A stretch of 64,000 nucleotides of DNA. Origin: Nitrospirota bacterium. Lineage in GTDB: Bacteria; Nitrospirota; Thermodesulfovibrionia; Thermodesulfovibrionales; JdFR-86. The stretch spans positions 32,001 to 96,000 of the forward strand of contig CAVRJY010000004.1 in NCBI GenBank assembly GCA_963721805.1, given 5' to 3'. The notes below the pieces were generated by a model. That model was not told where the DNA came from and made no database searches. It was given only the letters and a program-made list of their open reading frames with translations. Each line of letters begins with the position of its first letter. The first letter of the stretch is position 1. Position numbers and translations under genes: made by a program. This document shows positions 11,287 through 21,601 of this stretch, piece after piece.

Positions 11287-11664
11287 TCAGCGGCCCTCTA
11301 GCGCGCTTTGGACCGCGGCGCGCAAGTCCTCGTCGTTTACCGGCTTCATGAGTATCGCGGCCGGGCCGGTGCCCATCGCGGCCTCGACCGTGGCCGGGTC
11401 GGTATGCGCGGTGCAGTAGATGACCGGGGCCTTGAGGCTCTTTTTCAGCGCCATCGCGGTCTCTATGCCGTTAAGCTTGCCCCGGAGCTTGATGTCCATG
11501 AGAATCAGGTCCGGGGCGTGCTCGGTGGCGATGCGTATCGCGGATTCGCCCGAGATCGCTATGGGGAGCACCTTATAGCCGAATCCCAGCAGCGTGGCCT
11601 TGATGCCGATCGCCACGATGCCCTCGTCCTCGACGATCAGTATCTTGGTTTCCCCAGGATGCAT
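11287..11664 (-). CDS. Single-domain response regulator (receiver)
   Basis: ILIVEDE, PDLILMDIKL, TAH, KP. Confidence 0.9.
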   Translation of the reverse strand: MHPGETKILIVEDEGIVAIGIKATLLGFGYKVLPIAISGESAIRIATEHAPDLILMDIKLRGKLNGIETAMALKKSLKAPVIYCTAHTDPATVEAAMGTGPAAILMKPVNDEDLRAAVQSALEGR

Positions 11665-11800
11665 GCGCTTATTATACGGAATTTGGCATGGATTTTCCCG
11701 CAGTGGAATCCGTCGCCGTCCCTTGCTCTATACACGCCGATCCTTTAAGATACATCTGTCATCTGACCCTGGAGAGCGCCGTTTACCCGATAAGACACTG

Positions 11801-13963
11801 ATGGGCAATAAAGCAAGAAATGATAGACGCATTGCGGACGCCGAGGGCGCGGGCGTCTCCGGCTCCGGAATTAATCCGGCCTCGGCCCAACCCGCCGGCA
11901 ATAAGGCCGGGAAGGCCGGATATCTGGCCGCTGGCGCCATCGCGCTCGTTACGTTCCTGATATACCTGCCCAGCCTGCAAAACGGATTATTGAATTGGGA
12001 TGACGACAAGTATGTCACCAACAACTGGTTCATCCGCCATCTCGACCTCAACCTGCTGAGGTCCGCGTTTGGGTTTCACGAGGCCAACTGGGACCCGCTC
12101 ACGTGGGTCTCACACGCGGTTGATTATTCGATATGGGGACTTAACCCCCTGGGCCACCACCTGACGAGCATCGCCCTGCACGCCGCGAACTCGGCCCTCG
12201 TGTTCTTTGATACGCTGAGGCTGATCGGGCTCTACAGGAAAAGGGACCAGCCGGCCCCGTGGCTTGATGGCCGCGCGGCGCTCGTGGCGGCGGCCGCCAC
12301 GGGCCTTCTCTTCGGGCTGCATCCCATACACGTTGAGTCCGTGTCATGGGTGGCGGAGAGGAAGGACGTCCTTTGCGCAATGTTCTACCTGCTGAGTCTG
12401 ATAGCGTACGTCCGGTACTCGGCGGCGGCAGGCGCGTCATGGTATCGCAACAAGTCCTATCTGCTGTGCCTCGGCTTTTTCGCGCTCGCGCTGCTGAGCA
12501 AGCCGATGGCCGTGAGCCTGCCGCTCGTGCTCCTGATAATCGACTGGTACCCGGCCGGGAGGATTGATTCGATGCGCTCCCTCAGGGCCGCGATCACAGA
12601 AAAGCTCCCGTTTATACTATTGAGCCTGGGCGCGTCCGTGCTTACAGTCATGGCCCAGAGGGCAGGCGGCGCGATGTCATTGACCGAGGCCGTGCCGCTG
12701 GGCTCGAGGCTCCTGGTCGCCTCCAACGCGCTGCTTTCGTATCTGTGGAAGATGGCTCTGCCGGTGGGCCTCCTGCCGTTTTATCCCTATCCCAAGTCCA
12801 TTCCGGCGTGGTATCCGCTGTCCGCGGCGGCAGTGGCAGCGGTCTTCGTAGCCGCAGCGGTCATGGGGCGGCGCCACAAGGCGCTGGTCTCGGCGTTTGG
12901 CTATTACGCGATCACGCTCCTGCCCGCACTCGGTATCGTACAGGTAGGGGGGCACGAGATGGCGGACAGGTTCGCCTATCTGCCGGGCATCGGCCCCATG
13001 ATGCTGCTGGGGCTGCTTGCGGCGTTTGGGTGGTCAAAGGCGAGCGCCTTAAAAGGCGGCGGGCTAAGCGCGAAGGCCGTTTTGCTTTCGGCCGCGGCAT
13101 TGCTGGCCATTACGCTCGGGTACCTGACGGCGCAGCAGGAGAAGCTTTGGAACAATGACATGACACTGTGGAGCGCCGTAGTCAGGCACTCACCGGATTC
13201 CGCGAAAGCCCATATCAACCTTGGCGTCGCATACGCATCTGAAGGCGCATGGGACAGCGCCATCCAGCAATACCAGAGCGCCTTGCGGCTGGACCCCGAT
13301 TCCGCGAAAGCCCATACCAACCTTGGCGTCGCATACGCATCCAAAGGCTTATGGGACAGCGCAGTGGCAGAATACCAAAGTGCGCTGCGGCAAAACGCTG
13401 ATTCCTATGAATCCCATTATAACCTTGGCGTCGCATATGCATCCAAAGGCTTATGGGACAGCGCAATCCAGCAATACCGGATGGCCCTGCAGCTTAACCC
13501 CTACTCCGATGAAGCCCACAATAATCTTGGCGTAGCCTACAGATCCGAGGGCTTGTGGGACAGGGCGATCTCGGAATACCAGGAGGCATTGCGGCTGCGT
13601 CCCGATTCCCACGAAGCACATAACAACCTTGGCATAGCATATAAATCTCAGGGCTTGTGGGATAAGGCGATTTCGGAATACCAGAGCGCCTTGCGGCTGG
13701 ACCCCGGCTCCTATAAAACCTATAACAATATTGGCTCTGCATATGCATCTCAGGGCTTATGGGACAGGGCAATTCCGCAATACCAGGCAGCACTGCGGCT
13801 GAACCCCGATTTTTTTGAGGCACATTTCAATCTTGGCGCCGCATACGCATCCAAAGGCTTGTGGGACGGGGCAATCTCAGAGTACCAGGCAGCCTTGAGG
13901 CTGCGTCCCGATTCCGAAGAAGCACGCCAGAGCCTCAGTGATATAGTCTCAAGACGGCGTTAA
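11801..13963 (+). CDS. TMTC-like GT-C membrane glycosyltransferase with C-terminal TPRs
   Basis: WDDDKY, HPIHVESVSWVAERKDVL, ALLSKP, ADRFAYLP, multi-TM, 7 TPRs; start chosen at ATG 11801. Confidence 0.85.
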   Translation: MGNKARNDRRIADAEGAGVSGSGINPASAQPAGNKAGKAGYLAAGAIALVTFLIYLPSLQNGLLNWDDDKYVTNNWFIRHLDLNLLRSAFGFHEANWDPLTWVSHAVDYSIWGLNPLGHHLTSIALHAANSALVFFDTLRLIGLYRKRDQPAPWLDGRAALVAAAATGLLFGLHPIHVESVSWVAERKDVLCAMFYLLSLIAYVRYSAAAGASWYRNKSYLLCLGFFALALLSKPMAVSLPLVLLIIDWYPAGRIDSMRSLRAAITEKLPFILLSLGASVLTVMAQRAGGAMSLTEAVPLGSRLLVASNALLSYLWKMALPVGLLPFYPYPKSIPAWYPLSAAAVAAVFVAAAVMGRRHKALVSAFGYYAITLLPALGIVQVGGHEMADRFAYLPGIGPMMLLGLLAAFGWSKASALKGGGLSAKAVLLSAAALLAITLGYLTAQQEKLWNNDMTLWSAVVRHSPDSAKAHINLGVAYASEGAWDSAIQQYQSALRLDPDSAKAHTNLGVAYASKGLWDSAVAEYQSALRQNADSYESHYNLGVAYASKGLWDSAIQQYRMALQLNPYSDEAHNNLGVAYRSEGLWDRAISEYQEALRLRPDSHEAHNNLGIAYKSQGLWDKAISEYQSALRLDPGSYKTYNNIGSAYASQGLWDRAIPQYQAALRLNPDFFEAHFNLGAAYASKGLWDGAISEYQAALRLRPDSEEARQSLSDIVSRRR
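13196..13910 (+). repeat. Seven tandem 102-bp TPR-coding units
   Basis: Repeated DSxxAHxNLGVAYASxGLWDxAIxxYQxALRLxP with high DNA similarity. Confidence 0.9.
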
Positions 13964-14057
13964 AAAGGCCGTCGCGCGCGGCTGCGCCTTATGGCGAGGA
14001 GCTGATGCGGGCCCCCTTCGCCTTTACAAGAATAATGATGAATTGCTATAATTTTAA

Positions 14058-14519
14058 ATGCGAAAAATTGTGATTGCCTTGGGCTTATTAACTGCCGTTT
14101 TCCTCACCGCCTGCGCCCCTTCCAACAAAGACGCCGACGGAGCCGTACTGGTCGTCAAGGCTTACGCAAAGGCCCTCGAGGAGGCATATCAAAACGATAA
14201 CGCGGATTTTCTGAGCCCTTTCGCCACGCCCAAACAGGTAAGCGACATCAAGCTCAACATCCTCTCATACAGGACTGCGGGACGGCATTACAATGCCAGG
14301 CTCGACAATCTCACGATCAAGTCCACCGCGAAGTCCAAGGCCAAGGACGGCGAAGACGAAGTCCTTGTCCGGACCCAGGAGGAATGGAAGTTCTGGGTGA
14401 CCGAGCTGGGGAAGAACACCATAGTCATGCCCGCCAAATCCGCAACTTACGACATCACCTACCATTTGCACAAGAGCGGTAACTCATGGGTCGTACGGGA
14501 TATGGACGTGAAGGGGTAG
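14058..14519 (+). CDS. Hypothetical lipoprotein
   Basis: Signal peptide with lipobox LTA-C. Confidence 0.75.
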   Translation: MRKIVIALGLLTAVFLTACAPSNKDADGAVLVVKAYAKALEEAYQNDNADFLSPFATPKQVSDIKLNILSYRTAGRHYNARLDNLTIKSTAKSKAKDGEDEVLVRTQEEWKFWVTELGKNTIVMPAKSATYDITYHLHKSGNSWVVRDMDVKG

Positions 14520-14671
14520 GCAGCAACCAGCCCCGTCTTCCTGTTTTTTATCCGAGCCCTGTCTCCAGATTCGCAGATGCGCCGTTGCTCCCCGCCGGCC
14601 TGTTCCGGAGATAACTCCTCGCTGCCGTCTGCTTTACACCCGGCGCGCGGGTTGGATATAATTCTGCTGCC

Positions 14672-16414
14672 ATGAAGACCGATCCAAAAAAATTAGTCTG
14701 GCCTGTTGCGGTAATGGCTGCAGGACTGATTCTGAGCCTGCGGCTGCTCACCGGCGGATATTTGTTTGGGCATGACATGGCGACGCACGCCTTCTGGGCC
14801 CAGCAGTTTCTGATGTCCCTGTCCTCGGGCCTCCTGCATCCGAGCTGGGTGATGGAGACCAATCTCGGGGCCGGAAGCCCGGCGTTCGTCTTCTACCCGC
14901 CGTTTATCTTCTATACCTACCCCGTCTTCGAGCTTTTCACGCACAACGTGCCATACATCATGCTTTATTCCGCGGCGCTGGCGCTCGTCTGGTCGGGGCT
15001 TGCGATGTACCTTTACGCCGGGCTTTTCATGGACAGGCCGCGCGCCTTCGTCGTCTCTCTCATATACATGGCGGCGCCTTACCACCTGCTGGATATATAC
15101 ATCCGTGCCAATATGGCCGAATTCTGGGCCTTCGCTTGGATTCCGCTCGTGTTCTATGCGGCCCACAGGGCCGCGACCGATCCGAGCACGAAGCGCACGG
15201 CATGGCTCGCTGCCGCATTTGCAGGGCTTGTCGTTACGCATATCCTCACGGCTATGCTCGTGGCGGCCTTCATAATCCCCTATATGCTCGTGTTTGCGGG
15301 ACGCGCCGGGAGGAAAACCGCCCTGCTGCATGCCGCCGCCGGCCTAGGCGCGGGCTTGCTCTTAAGCGGCGTGTATCTGATCCCCGCTATGATGGAACAA
15401 CCCTATATCCTCGTCGAAGGGGGAAAGGGCCCGTGGTATGAGGTCTACAACAACTTCATATTCTTTCAGAAGTTCGGTGACTGGTGGTTCAACATTTTCG
15501 TGGACATCACGTCCATGGCGGCGCTGGGCGTTGCCGCCATCGCGTTTGTGCGTTATTTCTCCAAAGACAAGGGCTCACGCGAATCGGCCGGGATGCGGCT
15601 GATCGGGTTTTCGGCTTTCGCGATAGCAGCCGGATTTCTGATGATGACTCCGCTTTCGACCCCGTTGTGGGCAGTGTTTGCGCCGCTTCGGAAGGTCGCG
15701 TTCCCATGGCGCATACTTTCACCCATGAGCCTGCTGGCCTCCATTGCGCTCGGCTTGCTGCTATTGCCCGAGTTCCGGCCCCAGGCCCCCGGCCGCAGGA
15801 AGGCCATGCTCGCGGCCGTCGCAGTCGTGCTCGTCATCAGCGCGGTGCTGGCCGGACGCATCGTTATCGGATACAAGGGCATCACGCCCCCGCCGGGCTT
15901 CAAGTACACGCCTGAGATGTCATACGATGAGTTCCGCCAAAACACCATGCTGTTCACTCCTGGCGACCCGGCGGTGCTGGACGACCCCTACTTCATGCCC
16001 GCGCAGACCGGCGGCAAACTCGAGATCGTGAACTCCGTGGCGAAGATGGAGGTCGAGGGCGGAAACGGGTTTTGCTTTTTCAAGAGCGGAGAAGGAGAGG
16101 CCGAGCCCATCGTATGGGACCCCGAGCACCGCATCTTCAAGGTGCACGCCGTCTCAAAAGACACGGTGGTCCTGCGCCTTTACGCGTATCCGGACTGGAA
16201 CGTGCTTGTAAACGGTCTCACGGCCACCACCCACACCGAGCGCGACGGCCTGCTCTCGGTGGATGTGCCCGAGGGGGACTCGATCGTAGAGCTCACGTTC
16301 AGGGGCGGCATATACGGCGTTATCGGGCTTTTGAGCACGCTCATTGCGGCGGCAGGCATTGTCTGGACATTAGTCAGGCGGCCGCGCAAGAAAAATACGC
16401 CCTCCGAAACTTAA
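14672..16414 (+). CDS. GT-C-like membrane protein (PTPS-related / YfhO-like family)
   Basis: GHD..H, GAGSPAFVFYPP, PYHLLDIYIRANMAE, FPWR; C-terminal YPDW soluble domain. Confidence 0.75.
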   Translation: MKTDPKKLVWPVAVMAAGLILSLRLLTGGYLFGHDMATHAFWAQQFLMSLSSGLLHPSWVMETNLGAGSPAFVFYPPFIFYTYPVFELFTHNVPYIMLYSAALALVWSGLAMYLYAGLFMDRPRAFVVSLIYMAAPYHLLDIYIRANMAEFWAFAWIPLVFYAAHRAATDPSTKRTAWLAAAFAGLVVTHILTAMLVAAFIIPYMLVFAGRAGRKTALLHAAAGLGAGLLLSGVYLIPAMMEQPYILVEGGKGPWYEVYNNFIFFQKFGDWWFNIFVDITSMAALGVAAIAFVRYFSKDKGSRESAGMRLIGFSAFAIAAGFLMMTPLSTPLWAVFAPLRKVAFPWRILSPMSLLASIALGLLLLPEFRPQAPGRRKAMLAAVAVVLVISAVLAGRIVIGYKGITPPPGFKYTPEMSYDEFRQNTMLFTPGDPAVLDDPYFMPAQTGGKLEIVNSVAKMEVEGGNGFCFFKSGEGEAEPIVWDPEHRIFKVHAVSKDTVVLRLYAYPDWNVLVNGLTATTHTERDGLLSVDVPEGDSIVELTFRGGIYGVIGLLSTLIAAAGIVWTLVRRPRKKNTPSET

Positions 16415-16441
16415 GCCCCGCCGCCTTGCATATCCCGGGGC

Positions 16442-17539
16442 CTATTCGCTTTTTTCGGGATAGCTCTGAAACAGGCGGCCCCACTTTGTCGATAGCGCCC
16501 GGTCCCTCTGGATGCGCCTGCCCTTCGTGGGCCACCACAGATAGTCGTGGTAGAAAAACGATCCGAACACGAACAGGTATACAAGCGGGGTATGGAAGAA
16601 AAAGCGCTGTAACCCCCTGAGCGGGCCGAACCATATCATGTCCCCGACGGTGCTCGCCACGTTGTCCCCGACGGGAAAGCAGAAGTTCACGCCTGAGACG
16701 TCCTCCCCGACGATATCGATCTCCTCGACCCGGCCCGTGCCGAGCCCGTCCTCGTGTGCCATGCGGATGTATGGGATGCTCATAGGGTCAAAGCCCATCA
16801 TCTTGGCGGCCACGGCGTCTATGGCCACGCTGTCGGCGCTCGCCAGCATGTAGTCCTTCTCCACCGGGAGCATAGTGCGGGGGCCCGGGCCCGAGCCGCA
16901 AAGCGTGCCGTCCATGACCGCGAAGATCCCGCTGTGGATCTCCTTTTGGATCGCGAGCAGGTCGACGAGGGTCTCGTGTATGTGGCTGTGCGTATAGTGG
17001 CGCTTGGTGTTTAGGAGCCCGCCGAAGGCGTTCTTCATAGCCCCTGTGGTGGTCGTATAGATATGGGTCTTTACGGTGGGCAGGTGTATTATGTTCCGGC
17101 CGATGAAGTACTCGGGTATCTGTATGCCCTCAGGGTATATCCTGTCCAGGACGCGCATGCGCGCCTTGGGGCGGTAGGTCACCCATTTCATCTGCTCCGG
17201 TATGAAGTTGAAGAGCTCCTCGATCCCGTATTTTTCATAGAGCGGCGTCAGGCGATTCAGAGTGCCTCCCCTGCGCGGGTCGGTGACCACGGTATTGTTG
17301 TGCACCGCGGTGATCTCGCCATATCCCATCTCGCGCAGCGCGAGTATCACGCCCTCGAGCTGCCATGGGGTCGTGTTCGCGCTCAGAAACGGGAAGTGCC
17401 ACGAGATGTTGTCTTTCAGTATCGTGGTCCGCTCCCGCGGCAGCGCGGTCCCAACGCCCGCGGCGCTCATCATGCCGCCGATGTCCTTGAGCACCGTGTC
17501 GGGATGGGTCTTGATTACCGAGACTACTGGCTTAGCCAT
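16442..17539 (-). CDS. DUF362 domain protein
   Basis: LPTVKTH, TGAMKNAFG, DSVAIDAVAAKMMG; GAGGGG RBS. Confidence 0.8.
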   Translation of the reverse strand: MAKPVVSVIKTHPDTVLKDIGGMMSAAGVGTALPRERTTILKDNISWHFPFLSANTTPWQLEGVILALREMGYGEITAVHNNTVVTDPRRGGTLNRLTPLYEKYGIEELFNFIPEQMKWVTYRPKARMRVLDRIYPEGIQIPEYFIGRNIIHLPTVKTHIYTTTTGAMKNAFGGLLNTKRHYTHSHIHETLVDLLAIQKEIHSGIFAVMDGTLCGSGPGPRTMLPVEKDYMLASADSVAIDAVAAKMMGFDPMSIPYIRMAHEDGLGTGRVEEIDIVGEDVSGVNFCFPVGDNVASTVGDMIWFGPLRGLQRFFFHTPLVYLFVFGSFFYHDYLWWPTKGRRIQRDRALSTKWGRLFQSYPEKSE

Positions 17540-17553
17540 TGACGGCCCCCTCG

Positions 17554-18510
17554 CTAATGATAATAAAGCACGGCCCATACCGCGCAGCAATAAAGCAATA
17601 TGTTGATTATCATGGGCTTGTCCCCAAGGAGGATGCTCTCGGGGCTCCCGCCCTCTTTCCTGTGGTATACGAGATAGAGATACCTGTATATGCCGTACAG
17701 GACGAAAGGGATCGAGTACTTGAGCCGGTCGGTGTGGAACTTCTCGACCGTCTCGGCCGAAAAGGTGTAAAGCGCGTATACGACCACGGTGCCCGACGTG
17801 ACGACCGAGATCATCTGGTCTAATAGCAGCGCGTTATACTCGCCGTATACCGGCCGGTGGGCCTCGGCGCCGCCCTCCAGGAATACGATCTCGTGGCGGC
17901 GCTTCGTCAGCGCCAGAAAGAGCGAGAGGAAGAACGTGCAGGCCAGCAGCCATGACGAGACCGATACGCCGATCGCAACCGCACCGGCCATTACGCGGAT
18001 GAAAAAACCCGCGGCTATCGAAAACACGTCCATGATGACGACGTGCTTGAGTCTCAGGCTGTATGCGACCTGCACCGCGAGATACAGCGCCACGAGCGCC
18101 GCAAACGCGCCGTTTACCGCGTATGCGCCCGCAAGCGACGCGACGCCGAGCACCGCGCTCGCCACTGCGGCAGCCCCGGGCTGGATCATGCCCGAGGGCA
18201 GCGGCCTGTGGCGCTTATCCGGGTGGAGGCGGTCTTGTTCCATGTCCATGAGGTCGTTCATTATATAGACCGCCCCGGAGGCGAGGCAGAAGACCGCGAA
18301 CGCGGCAACTGTCGTAAGGAGGTAGCTGGGGTTTGTGATGTTTTGGGAAAACGCGATCGCCACGAAGACCGCAAGGTTCTTCGTCCACTGCCTCGGGCGC
18401 ATCAGTCTTATTACAGTGCCAATCACTCCGCGTGCGCTCCCATCGGATGCCCCGACCTCCCCTGACCGCTCTGCGAGGGCCGTCCCCGCATATTGATAAT
18501 TATAATCCAT
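17554..18510 (-). CDS. UbiA-family polyprenyl-phosphate phosphoribosyltransferase (DPPR synthase-like)
   Basis: RPRQWTKN, YIMNDLMD..DRLHPDKRHRPLPSG, LALTKRRHE; start uncertain. Confidence 0.88.
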   Translation of the reverse strand: MDYNYQYAGTALAERSGEVGASDGSARGVIGTVIRLMRPRQWTKNLAVFVAIAFSQNITNPSYLLTTVAAFAVFCLASGAVYIMNDLMDMEQDRLHPDKRHRPLPSGMIQPGAAAVASAVLGVASLAGAYAVNGAFAALVALYLAVQVAYSLRLKHVVIMDVFSIAAGFFIRVMAGAVAIGVSVSSWLLACTFFLSLFLALTKRRHEIVFLEGGAEAHRPVYGEYNALLLDQMISVVTSGTVVVYALYTFSAETVEKFHTDRLKYSIPFVLYGIYRYLYLVYHRKEGGSPESILLGDKPMIINILLYCCAVWAVLYYH

Positions 18511-18527
18511 TTGAGCTAAGTTATTAT

Positions 18528-19682
18528 GTGAATTTGGTTCATCACAGCAATCGCACAACCAAGGCAAGCCTCGTGCTTACGACCATAAACGACCCGGTAG
18601 TCCTTGAGCACTACCACGCGAACTTCTCGAAATACGGCCACCTCGACGAGGTCAGGGTATTTCTTATCCCGGACAAAAAAACCGCTGCCGGGGCATTCAC
18701 CCGCTGCCGGGACTTGGCCGGGCGCGGCCTCGATCTCGTATGCCCCGGGTTCGGCGAGCAGGAAGAGTTCCTGGCCCGCGTCGGGTTTCCGCCGCATCTC
18801 GTGCCATACAACTCCGACAACCGCAGGAACATAGGCTTCCTGATGGCCCTCGAGGACGGCTGCGGTTTCGTCATCTCCGTCGACGACGACAATTACCCCC
18901 GCGAGGGCGAAGACTTCTTTGCCGGCCATGCCACGGTCATGGAGGGGCCCCGCGAGGCCGAGGTGGTGAATACCGAAAGCGGCTGGTTTAACATATGCGG
19001 CCTGCTCGAACTGGACAGGCCGGGCGAGGCGTACCCGCGCGGGTTCCCCTATTTCGCCAGGCACGCCGCAGCTGAGGTCAGGCGCGAACGCTCGTTGGCC
19101 GACGTCCATATCAACGCCGGGCTCTGGCTCGGCGAGCCTGACGTGGACGCCATCAGCTGGCTGGCCGCACCGGCCCGCGCCATATCAATGAAAGGCAGCC
19201 CTGTCGTGCTCGGAAACAGGGCATGGTCTCCGGTTAACACCCAAAACACATCGCTTAAGAGGGAATGCCTCGCTGCTTACTATTACCTGAAGATGGGCTA
19301 CCCCCTTGGCGGCATGCCCATCGACCGCTATGGGGACATCTTCAGCGGCTACTTCGCTCAGGCCTGCGCGCGCCACCTCGGCGGCGCGGTCAGGGCCGGC
19401 ACGCCGCTTGCCGACCACATACGAAACAGCCACGACTACATGAAGGACGCCTCGAACGAGTGGGCCTGTATCGCGGCCTGCGAGGACATACTCGCATGGC
19501 TTCCAGAGGCCCGGCTCTCTGGAGGCACGTACGACGAGGCCTACGTCTCGCTGAGCCACGAGCTTCAGGAGGCGGTCGAGCGCTTCAGGGGCCGGATATG
19601 GACCGACGCCGCGCGCGGGTATTTTCATCAGGCCGCATTCTATATGCGCAAGTGGGCCGCGGCCTGCAGGCGTCTGGCTTAA
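18528..19682 (+). CDS. GT75 / reversibly glycosylated polypeptide (UDP-arabinopyranose mutase-like) protein
   Basis: RRNIGFL, SVDDDNYP, RGFPY, GLWLGEPDVDA, RYGDIFSG parallel the RGP/UAM motifs. Confidence 0.65.
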   Translation: MNLVHHSNRTTKASLVLTTINDPVVLEHYHANFSKYGHLDEVRVFLIPDKKTAAGAFTRCRDLAGRGLDLVCPGFGEQEEFLARVGFPPHLVPYNSDNRRNIGFLMALEDGCGFVISVDDDNYPREGEDFFAGHATVMEGPREAEVVNTESGWFNICGLLELDRPGEAYPRGFPYFARHAAAEVRRERSLADVHINAGLWLGEPDVDAISWLAAPARAISMKGSPVVLGNRAWSPVNTQNTSLKRECLAAYYYLKMGYPLGGMPIDRYGDIFSGYFAQACARHLGGAVRAGTPLADHIRNSHDYMKDASNEWACIAACEDILAWLPEARLSGGTYDEAYVSLSHELQEAVERFRGRIWTDAARGYFHQAAFYMRKWAAACRRLA

Positions 19683-19749
19683 GGCCCATCGACGGATGAT
19701 GGCCCGCCCCCTGACCGCCAGCGCCGCACCAGGGCTGCCGTAGCCCGCC

Positions 19750-20496
19750 ATGCCCAGGAAAAAGGTCGGGATATCGATGCCGGTAGCCAACGAGGAGGCC
19801 TCCATCGGGCTTTTTCTGGATGGGCTCCTGCGCGAAAGCTCGGCCCTCGGAGAGTTCGAGTTCAAGGTCTATGTCGTCATGGACGGCTATTCCAAGGATA
19901 AGACCGCGGAGATCGCCGGGGCGATATCAAAGCAAAACCCGGCCATCGAACTTGTCTACTTCGGCGAATCCACCGGGGTGGTAAGCTGCTATATCGAGGG
20001 GTTCAGGCGCGCGCTTGCGGCCGGCTGCGACTACGTCATCGAGATGGACAGCGGCGGCAGCCATCCTCCAGTAAAACTCAGGGAGATGCTCCACGCCCTT
20101 GACGACGAGGGCTATGACGCCGCGTTCATGAGCCGCTTCATGGCGGGCGCGGGCACCAGGGGCTTCCCGCTATACAGGAGGGCGATCAGCCGCGGCGGCA
20201 CGATGCTCGCAAACCTGTGGCTCGGCATGGGCTATACCGATAGCACCGGCGGGTTTGAGGGGTTCAGGGCGGACCTGCTCAGGAGGCTCAGGTTTGAGGG
20301 CTTCATATCAACGGGCGGGATGTTTCAGACCGAGATGAAATACTACTGCCACTGCCTCGGCTGCAGGGCGAAAGAAATCCCATACGTATACGCCGCGACG
20401 AGCTCCACGTTCAAGCCCGGCTGGGTCGCGGACGCGCTCCGAATCCTGTTAAGGCTCAAGGCCAACAGGAAAAACGCCATAACCGACGCTACGTAA
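19750..20496 (+). CDS. GT2 polyprenol-phosphate glycosyltransferase (DPM1-like)
   Basis: PVANEE, DGYSKDKT, EMDSGGSH, SRF, DSTGGF. Confidence 0.85.
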   Translation: MPRKKVGISMPVANEEASIGLFLDGLLRESSALGEFEFKVYVVMDGYSKDKTAEIAGAISKQNPAIELVYFGESTGVVSCYIEGFRRALAAGCDYVIEMDSGGSHPPVKLREMLHALDDEGYDAAFMSRFMAGAGTRGFPLYRRAISRGGTMLANLWLGMGYTDSTGGFEGFRADLLRRLRFEGFISTGGMFQTEMKYYCHCLGCRAKEIPYVYAATSSTFKPGWVADALRILLRLKANRKNAITDAT

Positions 20497-20583
20497 CGCG
20501 CCGCGCAGAAACGCCGCGCACCGCCATCTCGAGCGCCTTTTCAGGCTGACAACCCCGTCGCATTCTTAGTGTTATAATAATAA

Positions 20584-21567
20584 ATGGAGCATGTATCCGG
20601 CAGGGACTTTCCCTGGAAAGACAGGCGTGTGCTCGTGACCGGGGGCACCGGGTTTCTCGGCTCTTTCGTCGTCAATAAGCTCAGGGCCAGGGGCTGCGGC
20701 AATGTGTTCGCCCCGCGCTCGGCTGAGTATGACTTCGTCGAGATGGCTGACGTCAAGCGCGCATACAACGACCTGCGGCCTGACATGGTACTGCACCTCG
20801 CGGGCCGCGTCGGCGGCATCGGCAAGAACCGCCGCCATCCGGGCAGGTTTTTCTACGACAACATTATGATGGGCGTGCAGCTGATGGAGCAGGCGCGCGT
20901 AAGCGGCGTCGAGAAGTTCGTAGCGCTCGGGACGGTCTGCGCCTATCCGAAGTTCACGCCTGTGCCTTTCAAGGAGGACGACCTTTGGAACGGCTACCCC
21001 GAGGAGACCAACGCCCCCTATGGGCTCGCAAAAAAGATGCTCCTCGTCCAAGCCCAGGCGTACAGGCAGGAATACGGCTTCAACGCCATCTACCTCCTCC
21101 CCGTTAACCTCTACGGTCCGGGCGACAGCTTCGACCTCGAAGACTCGCACGTAATCCCGGCCCTCATAAGGAAGGCCCTCGAGGCCAAAGACAGCGGCGA
21201 GCGCGAACTCACGGTCTGGGGCAGCGGTACGGCCTCGCGAGAGTTCCTGTATGTCGAGGACTGCGCCGAGGGCATAGTGCTCGCCTCGGAGCGCTACAAC
21301 AAGCCCGATCCGGTAAACCTCGGCACCGGACGGATGGTCTCGATAAAAGACCTCGCCGAGCTTATTGTCAGGCTGACGGCATTTGAGGGCACGCTCCGCT
21401 GGGACAGCTCGCGGCCGGACGGCCAACCGCGGCGCATGCTCGACACCACGCGCGCCGAGCGCGAGTTCGGCTTCAAGTCCAGGGTCGAGTTCGAGGATGG
21501 GTTGAGAAGGACCATCGAGTGGTATAAGGCCCAGCGAGCCGCGGCGAGCGCTACCAGTCAGGCGTAA
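20584..21567 (+). CDS. fcl: GDP-L-fucose synthase-like NAD(P)-dependent epimerase/reductase
   Basis: [50 protein letters not shown]. Confidence 0.85.
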   Translation: MEHVSGRDFPWKDRRVLVTGGTGFLGSFVVNKLRARGCGNVFAPRSAEYDFVEMADVKRAYNDLRPDMVLHLAGRVGGIGKNRRHPGRFFYDNIMMGVQLMEQARVSGVEKFVALGTVCAYPKFTPVPFKEDDLWNGYPEETNAPYGLAKKMLLVQAQAYRQEYGFNAIYLLPVNLYGPGDSFDLEDSHVIPALIRKALEAKDSGERELTVWGSGTASREFLYVEDCAEGIVLASERYNKPDPVNLGTGRMVSIKDLAELIVRLTAFEGTLRWDSSRPDGQPRRMLDTTRAEREFGFKSRVEFEDGLRRTIEWYKAQRAAASATSQA

Positions 21568-21601
21568 GCCTGATCTGCCTCACCGCCTGATCCCTTCCAT
21601 G

